Shown: positions 34,400 through 47,853 of the stretch, in pieces | Layout: each line of letters begins with the position of its first letter | Numbering within the stretch: position 1 is the first letter of the stretch | Source of the DNA: Dictyostelium discoideum | Taxonomy: Eukaryota | Assembly (NCBI GenBank): GCA_000004695.1 | Contig: CM000155.2 | Location: forward strand, 1,408,001-1,472,000 | Direction of reading: 5' to 3' | Length of the DNA stretch: 64,000 nucleotides | Notes under the pieces: generated by a model | What the model was told of the DNA's origin: nothing | Databases searched by the model: none | Seen by the model: the letters and a program-made list of their open reading frames with translations, nothing else | Position numbers and translations under genes: made by a program

Positions 34400-34403
<4 letters not shown>
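33126..34403 (+). CDS. poly-Asn protein with a C-terminal multi-pass membrane domain containing an FHAxQS motif. Tentative exons: 33126..33555, 33688..33932 and 34063..34403.
   Basis: ORF 33126..33569 (MYNNNQNHHNN...DIDDDSSP) can be joined through donor GTGCGT (33556), the branch-like TACTAAC and acceptor AATAG (33687) to the frame of ORF 33680..33976 (EFIKYKKFISSLSYITFIGAAIVLINQKKSVYIQFHAYQSFYISMGVIGFQFLLIWSDILSIILWSLYLLFTIFMFLKVSFG). Donor GTAGGT (33933) and acceptor AATAG (34062) then give a third exon, GYGNSTIYKLPIIGNLSEQKAKLRSQEYSRYFKYHEDLFIKELREH...GTNEE*. Junctions 2/3 are well supported. Junction 1/2 is tentative: ORF 33126 could be a separate gene. Confidence 0.5.
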
Positions 34404-34444
<41 letters not shown>

Positions 34445-34489
34445 AATTGTAAACATATATTAATATTACAAAAAAAAAAAAAATACCCA

Positions 34490-34536
<47 letters not shown>

Positions 34537-34667
34537 ATGTAAATAAATATTTGATTAATTAAAAAATGAATAAATTTTATTATAATTACAAATAAATAGT
34601 TTTTTTTTTTTTTTTTTTAAAAAATGAAGATATTATTATTATTACTGTTTTTTTTTTTTTTTTTTAT

Positions 34668-36348
<1,681 letters not shown>

Positions 36349-36397
36349 TTTTTTGGGAAGTAGCTTGCTTTTTTAAAAAAAAAACTTTAATGATACC

Positions 36398-36428
<31 letters not shown>

Positions 36429-36792
36429 AAAAAACAAAAGGAAAAAAAAAAAAAAAAAAAAAATCTTTTTTTTATTTTTTTTTTTTATTTTTATTTTAAT
36501 TTTTAAATATTTTTTTTTTTTTTTTAGTGGGTGCAAATATATGATAAACTAAGGTGTAATTAAAAAACAGAAATATTATTTATTTTAATTTTGGTGGTTC
36601 ACATTTTTTTTAAAATAAAAAAAAAAAAAAAAAAATTAATATTAATTTCATTGCAATTATTCAAAAATTCTTATCTTTTATCGAGTTCCTAAACTAAAGG
36701 AATTTATTATTTTTATTTATTATTATTTTTTTTATTATTAATTATTAATTATTTATTGCTATTTTTTTTATTTATCTTTCCATTCAAAATGT

Positions 36793-36837
<45 letters not shown>

Positions 36838-36956
36838 TAATTATAAAATAAATAAATTAATTAAACAATAACAATTATTAAAAAATTAAGATTTATATCT
36901 AGTAAATCTTTTTTTCTTTTTTTTTTTTAAAAAAAAAATATAATAATTTTAAAAAT

Positions 36957-37993
36957 TTATTTAAAATATAATTTATTATTTAATAAATTAAAAGGACAAC
37001 CTGAAATTGAGGTATTATTTGAACCTGATTTTCCATTTAAACCAACCAAATTACATTTTATATCGATTTCATTATTTGAAGTTGTAATTTTGAATGGAAT
37101 TGAAAAGGGTAACATATTGACCTCTAATAATTCAAGGTCATCACCACCTTGACCAACGGTGAAACTTTTAACATTTAATTGATTTACAATTTGAGTTGGT
37201 AAATTTTTATTTGTTGTTAATCTACATTTAATAACACCACTAATTTGATTTATACCAGTGATACTAGTATTATCTAAATATAAATCATCTAAATAAAATA
37301 GAGATGATAATAGTCTACTACACATCGAATTAAATAATTGATTATTTAATAAATATGATCTAACATCACTCTTTAATAATGATTTTAAATTTTCATCAAT
37401 AATTGAACTTGCTAATATTGTTTGTGGTTTCAATTCAACATTTAATCTATTAAATAATGTTGTTGATTTATTATTATTTTGATATGAATTTACCATTTCA
37501 TTAAATAAATCACCACAATTATCAAAATTATTATTATTATTATTATCAATAATATTATTATTACTGTTATTATTATTAATATTATTAATATTATTTAAAA
37601 GTGTATTATTACTACTACCAATTGATGAAAATAAATCAATATTATTATGTGGCCAAATTGTTTTAATCTCTTCTAATGCTAATTTACATGGATTATTTGT
37701 TAAATTACCACCATCTCTAAATTTCTCATTTCCAAATTTATATGATGGAAATAAAGTTGGTATTGCAGTAGTTGCAGCGGCAGCATCTGATATTGATGAA
37801 TTTTTAATTTCTTTTATTCCATCAACTGTTGGAATTTTATTATAATTTGAACCAATTGAAAATATACATGGTGTTAATTTAATTGATGATCGATTATTTG
37901 AATTGTTAACACCACCAACAACATTTGTAGTTTTAATTATATTTTCTTCTAAACATGATACCACTGCAACTTTAATATTTGAATTTATAAAAA

Positions 37994-38024
<31 letters not shown>

Positions 38025-38771
38025 GTTATGATTATTATTATGAAGAAAATTATGAACATGATGATAATGATTATTATTATTATGATTATTATTTTGATTA
38101 ATTTGATTATTTTGATTATTAATTTGATTATTATTTAATGAGTATCTATGAATATGAGAATTATTAAATTCATGTTGTAATACTTTTGTAAATTTATCAG
38201 ATTTATATTTATTCTTTTTTGAAAATAGATAATTATTAATTTTAATTGGACTATTTGATTTAAATACTTTTCTTGATAGTTTTTCAAATAGATCAATTGT
38301 TTGATTTGGTGTTTTATTAGCGGCCAATGCTAACAAAGTTATACCACCACTTGATGATCCAATAACATAATCAAATAATTCACTAATTGGTATCCCATAA
38401 AGTTGTTTTTCAATTTCGTCTAAAATACAACATTGAACTATACCACTTTTACTAAATCCAAAATTACTACTAATATTACAATTATTATTATTATTTAAAT
38501 TATTATTATTATTGTTATTTAAATTATTATTACTATTATTATTATTATTATTTAAATTATTATTATTATTATTATTAATATTATTATTATTATTATTAAT
38601 ATTATTATTATTATTAATGGTACAATTATTATTTATATTATTATTATTATTGATACTATTTAAAGTGTCAATATTATTGCATCCATCTAATGATAGTACT
38701 CTTATTCCCATAGATGGTTTTAAACTATTGTTATTGTTATTAATATTATTATTATTATTAATATTATTATA

Positions 38772-38803
<32 letters not shown>

Positions 38804-39531
38804 GATAATAATTTAAATTACTATTATTTTTTATAGCATTTACACCAGTTAAATCTTTTGGACAAATTGTACAATTACCATTTTGTTCAATTGAACAATA
38901 TGAACAAATTACATGACCACATGGTGAACATTCAATTGAAGGTACTGATAATAAACAACCAAAACAAACTTTAGTTGAATTAATTATATCAGTTTTCCCA
39001 TCACAATTATTTACTTGATCAAGATATTGGTTAATCATATTAAATGATAATTTATCTAATTCTGTATTTAAGAAACTTGATAAATCTGTAAATGTTATAA
39101 CTGATTGAAAATCACCACTCCAACTAACTGTAAATGGTACTTTAAATTTATTTTGTTGAATTTTATTTGTAGATGAACTTGTATTTGAAGTTGTAGTACT
39201 AGTATTACTATTTGAGTTGGACTGTTGTTGTTGTTGTTGTTGTTTTAATTTTTGTTGTTGTAATTGATTTTGTTGTCTTTTAAATCTCCAACATGATAAA
39301 AATGAAGTTGGTTTTTCAATTATCATTTGATTTCTTTTTGTATGATGAAATTCATGATTTGATTTTGGATTATCACAACTAACCATAATACCATTATTAA
39401 TTATTGTTGAATTACATGGAATAAAACCTTGAATATATTCTGAAACATTAATTAAAACATCATTAAATTGTTTTGAAATTTCTTTTTTATTACTTTCACT
39501 ACCATTACTATTATTTTTACTATTGTTGATT

Positions 39532-39590
<59 letters not shown>

Positions 39591-40355
39591 TGAGGAGTTT
39601 AAAGAATTTATTGAGATTAATTCTTCATATCTTCTATTAAATCTTAAGAAAACCTCAACTAATCTATTCATTACTTCACTAATTGATTTTTCATAAATTT
39701 CAACTTTAGTAATTGGGATTATTGGTTGAATATTTCTTGGTGTTGGTAATGGTGATGGTAAATAAAAACCATTATTACCATTATTAGCATTACCATTATT
39801 ATTTGTATTTGTTGAATCAATAGTTTGTAATTGTTGTTGATATTGTTTTTTATAAAGGTTATAATGTAAATCAAAATATGATTTTAAATATGATTCCAAT
39901 GAATTATATGCATTACTTAATAATTTACTATTATAATTTGATGCTGATGAAGATGAGGATGAACCAATATTATAATTATTTGAATTATTATTTGTAAAAT
40001 AACTACCACTTGTACTAAATGTTGAATATCTATAATTATTACCAATTGTTAAATAATCATAATCAAAATTCTTTAAATATTTAAATGAAGGATATGATGA
40101 ACTAATTGCATTATTTTGTGTTGGTGTATATGATGAAGTTGCTGATGTACTTTTTTGTAATTTTGGTGTTAAAGCATCATTATTAATTAAATTATCATTA
40201 TTATTATTATAATTATTATTATTATTAGAACAATTTGTTGTTGTGGTTGTTGTAGTAGTGGTAGGTTGTTGTGGTTGTTGTTGTTGTTTAACATTTGATA
40301 ATGATAGAGGTGGACAACTGGATATAATCTTGGTGATGGCAATGTTGGTGATGAG
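36957..40355 (-). CDS. patatin-like phospholipase domain protein: the C-terminal long ORF of a large Asn-rich protein. Its frame stays open upstream to about 40355 with no start codon.
   Basis: ORF 36957..39899 contains the patatin catalytic dyad motifs GSSSGG (GxSxG; DYVIGSSSGGITLLALAANKT) and DGG (NEKFRDGGNLTNNPCKLA). It also has a Cys-rich cluster (CFGCLLSVPSIECSPCGHVICSYCSIEQNGNCTICP) between poly-N tracts. Upstream the same frame reads ...KQQQQPQQPTTTTTTTTNCSNNNNNYNNNNDNLINNDALTPKLQKSTSATSSYTPTQNNAISSSYPSFKYLKNFDYDYL... with no ATG. Confidence 0.7.
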
Positions 40356-40515
40356 TAAGAGTATGATAATGAAGATGGGGTTAACATTCTTTCAATTTTT
40401 TTCATTTTTCCTAATTTATTTTCTTCTTTTTTACTACCACTATGATTATTATTACTATTATTACTATTAGTAGTAGTGGTAGTTGTAGGAGTAGAAGTAT
40501 TGTTATTATTGTTAA

Positions 40516-40579
<64 letters not shown>

Positions 40580-41426
40580 AGTACCGATATTAATAATTGG
40601 TTTAATAATTGTTTTATTTGATTTTAATTCATTGTCAATTGGTTTTTGTTGATTTATTAAACTTTCATTTATAATTGATTCGATTGATTTTAAATTGATA
40701 TTTGATACAATTGATGTTGATCTTGATGGAGGAGTTGGATGAGATGGTAATGGAGAACAAGGTTGTTGTGGTGATGAACATATATTAATTGAAATTGATC
40801 TATTTCTTGGAGGAGTTAATTGAATTGGAGTAATTTGTCTTTTTAATGAAGGTGATGGTATTGGATAAGGTTCTGAAATTGTTAAAATTTCATTTGGTTT
40901 TGATTGTTGAACAGCTTGTATTTGTTCTTGTTGTGGTTGTTGTTGTTGTTCTTGAATATCATTATTTGTTAGAACATTATTTAAAATAATTGGAGATGGA
41001 AGAGATATTGAAATCTCATCCATTGTTGATATTGGTGATGAAATTGATGTTGATAATGATTCATTAAGATCACTTGATGATAAATATGGTGATGGTATTG
41101 GTTCATCCATTAATTCTTTATTTTCATCAACATCAACAATAACATTTTCATTTACTTTTCTATTATTATTTATATTATCTTTTTCATCATCTTCATTTTT
41201 ATTATCATTGTCACTCACTAAACATATATCAATATTGTGATTATAATTTTTAATTAACCCGTTGTCGTTTTCATTTATAATTTGTAAATTAATATTATTA
41301 TTTTCAATATTTTCATTATTTTCATTATTTGTAAGGTTACTATTTTTTATATTATTATTATTATTATTAATATTATTATTATTAATATTATTAATATTAT
41401 TATTTAAATTATTACTATTTTTATTT

Positions 41427-41476
<50 letters not shown>

Positions 41477-41892
41477 TATAATATTAATATCATTATTATT
41501 ATTATTTATTGATAATAAATTTGGAGATTTTAGATTTTCAAATTCTTTTATAATATTTTTAACAGAGTTAGATGACAAGCTATGTCTATGACTTGGAAGG
41601 TGGACTTTGTTTATATTGTTTTTATTATTATTATTATTACTATCAATATTATTTTCATTATTTTCATTACTTGTAGGGTTAAATAAATTTGAATAATTTA
41701 ATAATTCATCAGATTTTTTAAAAAATAAATATAAGGTGGGGTCAGAATTTGTTGATATTGGGTCTTGGATTAATGGGAGTGAGTTTGATTTTTTATTTTT
41801 AGTAAAAAAATTTATATTATTAATGGTGTTAAAATTATTTTGAGTTATAATATTATTTTCAATTTCCTTTATTCGATTTTTTACACTATTAT

Positions 41893-41924
<32 letters not shown>

Positions 41925-42121
41925 TTATTAAAATTCGTTTTTGTAAATTCACTCCCATTACAATTACTTGAAGATATTTGATTTGGTTGGCGATTATTGA
42001 TTATATTTTTAAAATTATTATGGGATGTATATAAATAAAGTTGTGATGTATGATTTTGGGTTTGTGTGTGATTTTGTAGACTTTGAGATTTAATTTTATT
42101 TTTATTTTCATTTGATACCAT
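40187..42121 (-). CDS. Ser/Pro/Asn-rich ORF with a genuine ATG at 42121. It is probably the N-terminal part of the patatin-like gene, which it overlaps in a different reading frame.
   Basis: The 644-codon ORF looks coding (PIPSPSLKRQITPIQLTPPRNRSISINICSSPQQPCSPLPSHPTPPSRSTS...). It ends in an implausible poly-Ile tail from (ATA)n at 40187-40230, over a stretch where the +2 frame encodes natural poly-Asn. See the finding on the frame discontinuity. Confidence 0.5.
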
Positions 42122-44253
42122 TTTTTTATTTTTTTATTTTTTTATTTTTATTTATTTTTTTTATTTATTATATTATATTATATTATTTATTTATTTCAAA
42201 GTAAATTTATAATTTTTTTTTTTTACAACTATAATATTTATTTATTTATTTATTTTATTTTATTTATTTTATTAAAAATATGTATAGTTCAGAAAATAAA
42301 GAGTTGTTTTTTTTTTTTATTTTTTATATGTTTAGGTAGTTTTTTTTTTATTTTTTTTTTTTTTATTTTTTTATTTTTTTTAGGATATGGACTGTTATTA
42401 TAAATAAAAAAAATTTTTCTTATTTTTTTACAATGGAGGGGGTATTATTATTTATGGATAATTAAAATTTATTCTATTTACAAGTATATATAAAAAAAAA
42501 ATTATTAAAAAAAAAATTTATTTATTTTAAAAATAAATAGACATAAAAAAAAAAAAAAAATAATAATAAAAAAAAAAAGATAATAATAAAATTAAAAAAA
42601 AAAAAAAAAAAAGGATAAATTAAATTTGAAAAGATGTATTTATATGGTAGTATGATATAAATTAAGAAAAAAATTAAAAAATTGAGAAAAATGATGTATC
42701 ACCACACACACACACACACAAAAATACAGATATTGTTATTTTAACACGAAAATAAACACACCCACATTAAAACAAATATATTATTAACGTAACAACAAAA
42801 TAAAAATAACAACAAAATAAATTATTTTTTGATGAATGACAATAAAAAATTGTTTTTTTGGATTATTAAGAGAATCAAAAAAAAAAATTTTTTGAGAAAA
42901 AAAAAAAAAATTAAAAAATACAAAAAAATATGAAAATATTAAAGTTTTTTGAAATTTTGTTGATTGGTTGCAAAGAAGTTATTTTAAGTATCTTTGATGC
43001 AACTGAAAAAATAAAAATTCGAATTTTCTGAATTCTTTTTTTTGTATGGCATTAAATTTTTTTTTTTTTGAACATGAAATACTTTATATTTAATTAATTT
43101 TATGGAAATAGTAATATATTGTTAAAAATAATAGAAAAAAATAAACCTTTGGTAAAAAATTGTTTTTGTAAAAAATTATAAAATTATTAAATTAAAAAAA
43201 TGAATGAATTAAAATTTTTTATTAATTTTTATATTTTTAGAAAAAAAGATTTTATGAAAAATTAATTTTAAAATTAAAAAATATTATTAAAATTAGAAAA
43301 ATATTATTAAAATTATTATTATTATTATTATTATTATTATTTTTAAAAATGGAAATAAAAAAAAAATAAATAAAAAAAAAAAAAAAATAAAAACAAAAAA
43401 AAAAAAAAAAGAAAAAAATAATTTTTTATATATATATTAAAAAAAAAAAAAAAATAATAATAAAATAAAATAAACCACTGGTTTTAGTGGTTGTTTTATT
43501 AAAAATTCCAAATTTGAAAAAAAAAAATATAAATATATTTATAGCACTCTAAATACTGAATCACAGAATTAAAATATTTTTGGATAGGTGGGCAGGATAT
43601 AAATATTAATATATTAGGAAACTTTTATTTTTTCAAATTAAAAAAAAAAAAAAAAAAAGAAAAAAACAAAATGAATATATAAATAAATAAAAAAAACAAT
43701 AAAATTAAAATAATAATAAAAAAAAGAAAAGAAAATGATGATATTAACAATAACAAATTTTAAATATATGGTTGTTATATGCAAGAACGAGTTTGTTTTT
43801 TTAAATTTTTTTTCTTTTTTTTTTTTAGTTGCTATTCAATAGATATAATGAATAAAAACATTATAATTCTAATAATGATGATATTAATAATAAAAATTAT
43901 TATTATTATTTTATTTTATTTAATTTTTTATTTTTTCCTATTCATTTATTTATTTATATATTTATTTATTCAGAAAGTTATTGTTAATATTGCACCTACA
44001 AAATATTTGTATAAATATATTTTTTTTAAGTTTGATTGTTGTGTGACATTCATCTTTTTTTTTTTTTTTTTTTACATGATTTGTTTTGTTGGTGGTAATG
44101 ATGTTATTAATGATGGTGGTGGGATGGCGATTTGATACCGCTTGAAAAAAGTGGGTTATTTTATTACATAGGGTGTGTGCGATTGGGTGAATTTTGTGTG
44201 GAGTTAATTAATTGTATTCTTGAATTGTTTATTTTTATTAGCATTTGTACAAT

Positions 44254-44291
<38 letters not shown>

Positions 44292-45607
44292 ATGTTTTAA
44301 TGGTAATTTTTTAATTGTTTCTCATTCTTTGATTTTGGGTAAAATGTTTGGATTGCAATAAGTATACCACAAAATTTATGAAGAGAGAAAGAGAGAGAAA
44401 TGAGAGTGTGAGAGTGTGAGAGTGTGAGAGGTTTATTTTTACCACAACAGAAACCCCCAATTTTTTATTAATTTAATTTTTATTAATTTATTAAATATAA
44501 TTATATTAGTGGTTAATTTTATACAAATTGTATAAAAAATTAAAATTAATTAATTTTTTAATTAAATCCAATTGCTATAAAAAATTTTATGTTCCAACAC
44601 CAATCGGAAAAAAATAAATTAATTTGAGATTCTATCTGAAATATATAGTACTATATTACTTGTGCGAATAAGGAAGGATATTTTTTATTATTTTTTTTTT
44701 TTAAACTTTTTGACCAAACCCTTTTTTCTTTATCCTTTTTTTTGTTTCAAAAATATGATGAATTTCCATTTTTATTTAATAGATTTAAGGTGTTCATTTT
44801 ATTTGTGATACCATTTATAATAATATATGAAAAACTTTTTTAAACCAAAAAGATGGAAAAAATTAAAAAATTGATTTTTTTGAGTTTTTTTTGTGTGTTT
44901 GTCTATTCATTTATTAATAGTAATTTATCTATAATTAGATTTCAATTTTATTTTTTTTCTTAAATTTTTAAAAAAAAATAAAAAAACTTTAAATCACTTA
45001 AAAATTTATTTTCCGTAGTTTGGAGATTTTAAATTTAGAGTGAAAAGTATTTTTTAAAATATTAATAATTTGAGTGATCATGATCTAGATGATGGTGTTA
45101 ACAATAATAAAATTTACAATTAAATCCACAGTAATTTGATCTTAACAATTTTAATTTTTTTTTTTTTTTTATTTTTTTTTTTTTTAATATTTATTAATCA
45201 GAGTTTATCAATTAAAGGAAATAACAATAAATATTCGATTTATTTATGATTTTGATTTTATAATGCAATTTTTATTATTTTTAATTTAAATTATCTAATA
45301 AAATATAATACTGTTATTTTTTTTTTTTTTTTTTTTTTTTTTTACCAAATCTAGGTATTGGGCAAAAATAGAAGTTTATTTGGGGCTTTGTTTTATATAT
45401 TTTAAAAGATTTCTGTATTCCAACCTCATTCCTTATAAAATAGAGTAACTGTTAAGAAATTTATTTAAAATTCTAACACTTTTAAAATCATTTAATTTTA
45501 TTATTTAGTTTCTTGAATTCTAACACTTTTTAGTTTTTGATCAAAAATTATATATGTAAGAAAAAAATTATATATAAAATTTGCTGTTTAAAACAAAAAA
45601 TTTCATC

Positions 45608-45680
45608 GGTTTTATAGTGTAATTGGTTAGCACCCAGGACTTTGAATCCTGTAATCTGAGTTCGAGTCTCAGTAGAACCA
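45608..45680 (+). tRNA. tRNA-Gln (anticodon UUG)
   Basis: GGTTTTATAGTGTAATTGGTTAGCACCCAGGACTTTGAATCCTGTAATCTGAGTTCGAGTCTCAGTAGAACCA folds as a cloverleaf. The 7-bp acceptor stem is GGTTTTA/TAGAACC with one T-G pair. The D-arm is GTGT..GCAC. The anticodon stem is CAGGA/TCCTG with loop CTTTGAA, giving anticodon TTG. The T-arm is CTGAG-TTCGAGT-CTCAG and matches the B-box. The discriminator is A and there is no encoded CCA. Confidence 0.85.
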
Positions 45681-45689
45681 TTTTTTTTT
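45681..45689 (+). terminator. RNA polymerase III terminator (T9 run) directly after the tRNA-Gln
   Basis: TTTTTTTTT begins 1 nt after the discriminator base. Confidence 0.7.
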
Positions 45690-45712
45690 AAAGTTGGAGG
45701 AAATACGTCGAG

Positions 45713-45722
45713 GGTTCGAATC
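45713..45722 (+). promoter_or_regulatory. external B box (exB) downstream of the tRNA gene
   Basis: GGTTCGAATC, in the context GAGGGTTCGAATCT, is a second copy of the B-box consensus (GGTTCGANTCC) about 33 nt after the tRNA 3' end. Such external B boxes are characteristic of Dictyostelium tRNA genes. Confidence 0.55.
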
Positions 45723-45812
45723 TAAAATACCTCTTCAACAACTACAACAATTACAACAACTAAAATAAAAACTCGTATTAACACAGATGGACATATCAAT
45801 CTTGTTAATCCA

Positions 45813-45846
<34 letters not shown>

Positions 45847-46065
45847 TAAAATAACCACAAAACCAAAATAAAAACAAAATAAAACAAAACCAAAATAAAA
45901 CAAAAGCAAAAAGAAAAACATCAAAAAATAAATTAAAAAATACAAATCAATTAAGTTTTGATTATTTTTTAAAAAAAATATTAAACAATTTATTTAAAAA
46001 TTTTGACTAAATTTATTCTAAACTATTCGTTTATCAATTAATACATTTTTTTTTTTTTTTATTTT

Positions 46066-46102
<37 letters not shown>

Positions 46103-46103
46103 A

Positions 46104-47853
46104 TTAATCTAAATTAAAATTATATAATCTAACTAAATTATTGAAAACACCAATAATACGAGATCTATCATAATTTACTAAACTACAGCCAGGAGTTAAT
46201 GGAATTGGATCGGATGGATTAACGATATTTGAACCACCAAGTAATGAATATAAACGATTTCCAGATTGTTTATCCCATACTTTGATAGTATTATCTTTTG
46301 AACCTGTTAAAATCTTTTTATTATCAATTGTGATACTATTAATTTGATTTGTATGATTTGAGAGTACAAGAAGTGGATTTAAATTTGAATCTAAAAGATG
46401 GACATTAAAATCACCAATATTGTAAGCTACGTTATCGTTGGTGGCCGAGAATAATTGGTGGCCGCCAGCAATTGAGAAATGATTTGATAATGATTTTGAT
46501 CCCATTAACTTTCCATTTAAAATATTATATTTTAAAATACTACGATTATTTGAGAAAACGTAAACGAAATCTTTAGTTGGTTGATACCATTGTGGGCTTG
46601 GTAATCTGAGTATTGGTCTATCGAATCTTCTTAAATCCCATGAATCTAAATAATCACTAGTGTGGACGAATAGGTGACCGTTTGAGTGAAACTTTGAGGA
46701 AAACACCTCACCACTAATCCCAACCATACCATCACCACTTTGTTTATCCCTATGATCCCAAATTTGGATTGTGTCTTTATTAGTTGCAATTATTTGACCG
46801 TCACCCCCGATATTCACATTATAATCAATTGATAGAATTGGTGATTCAGTTTTCAAACAATTTGATTCCACACCTTTCTCAAAATCCCAAACTCTAACTG
46901 AACAATCATCACTACCTGATATAACTGAATATTGACGTTGTTTAATACATGTAACACTTCCACTATGTCCTGTAAATGTTTGAGTGTTTGTACCTTTTTT
47001 CGATGACAAATCCCATACCTTTACCGTTGAATCAACACTACCAGTACACATTACATTACCAATATGCTGAATGGATGTAATAGGTTGTGAATGTCCTCTA
47101 AATGGTACCATCTTAAATGTACCTGCTGCTCCTTTATTCTCATTCTTTTCATTTTGATAACAAATTTTAAAACATTTTTTATAATCATATTCATATTTTT
47201 CTGTATTAAAAAATTCAATACTATTAAAAATAAATAGAATAAAATAAATAAAATTTATTAATAAATTATTATTATTATTTTTAATTTTTTTTTTTTTTTT
47301 TTTACATACAATTGGAATAATTTAATCTTCCATAAGAATTTATGATTAATTGCTTTATTAAATTCTTTACAAACTAATGAGAATTTTAATATCTCTTTAA
47401 CTGGAAATTCTGAAAAAATTTGTGCATAAATTGTACTTGGTAAATTTAAAATCTGGAATTTTTTTTTTTTAGTATCATAATAATTAAAAATTATAATTAA
47501 TTTTATTTATTTTTACTTACACCATATGTAATTTTTTTAATTGGTTGAGATTCTTCCATAACTACATCTCTATTATTATTATTATTACTTGTGTTGTTGT
47601 TGTTGTTATTATTGTTATTTGTGTTATTATTATTTTCATCAACATCAAAACCTTTAAGTTTTAAAATTTTTTTATTCAATTCTTTATCAATTGGTGGTAG
47701 TGGCATTTGAATTTCTTTTCTGCAAAATGGACATAATTGTTCGATATGATATGATTTCTCTATACATTCTTTACAAAATGAATGTGAACAATATAATGTC
47801 ACTGGTTCAGTGAACAATTCAAAGCAAACCCAACAGTTATAGTCATATGACAT
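46104..47853 (-). CDS. RING-finger + F-box + WD40-repeat protein. Proposed exons: 47521..47853, 47310..47452 and 46104..47220.
   Basis: Exon 1 is a C3HC4 RING (CWVCFELFTEPVTLYCSHSFCKECIEKSYHIEQLCPFCRKEI) plus a poly-N linker, ending at GTAAGT. Exon 2 follows acceptor TTCCAG and is an F-box (ILNLPSTIYAQIFSEFPVKEILKFSLVCKEFNKAINHKFLWKIKLFQ), ending at donor GTATGT in phase 2. Exon 3 follows acceptor TTTTAATAG and reads F IEFFNTEKYEYDYKKCFKICYQNEKNENKGAAGTFK then ORF 46104..47111, which has about 7 WD40 blades (GHSQPITSIQHIGNVMCTGSVDSTVKVWD; GHSGSVTCIKQ..SGSDDCSVRVWD; TGSKDNTIKVWD...). Phases are consistent: 0, 2 and 1. Confidence 0.75.

Noticed and set aside
38512-41591. plus-strand poly-Leu ORFs (38512..38772, 41262..41591, 40243..40470)
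   Set aside because: They are antisense to the Asn-rich regions of the patatin-like gene.
43779-44314. ORFs 43779..44135 and 44132..44314 (+)
   Set aside because: These are Phe/Ile-rich translations of A/T-rich intergenic DNA with no coding signature.
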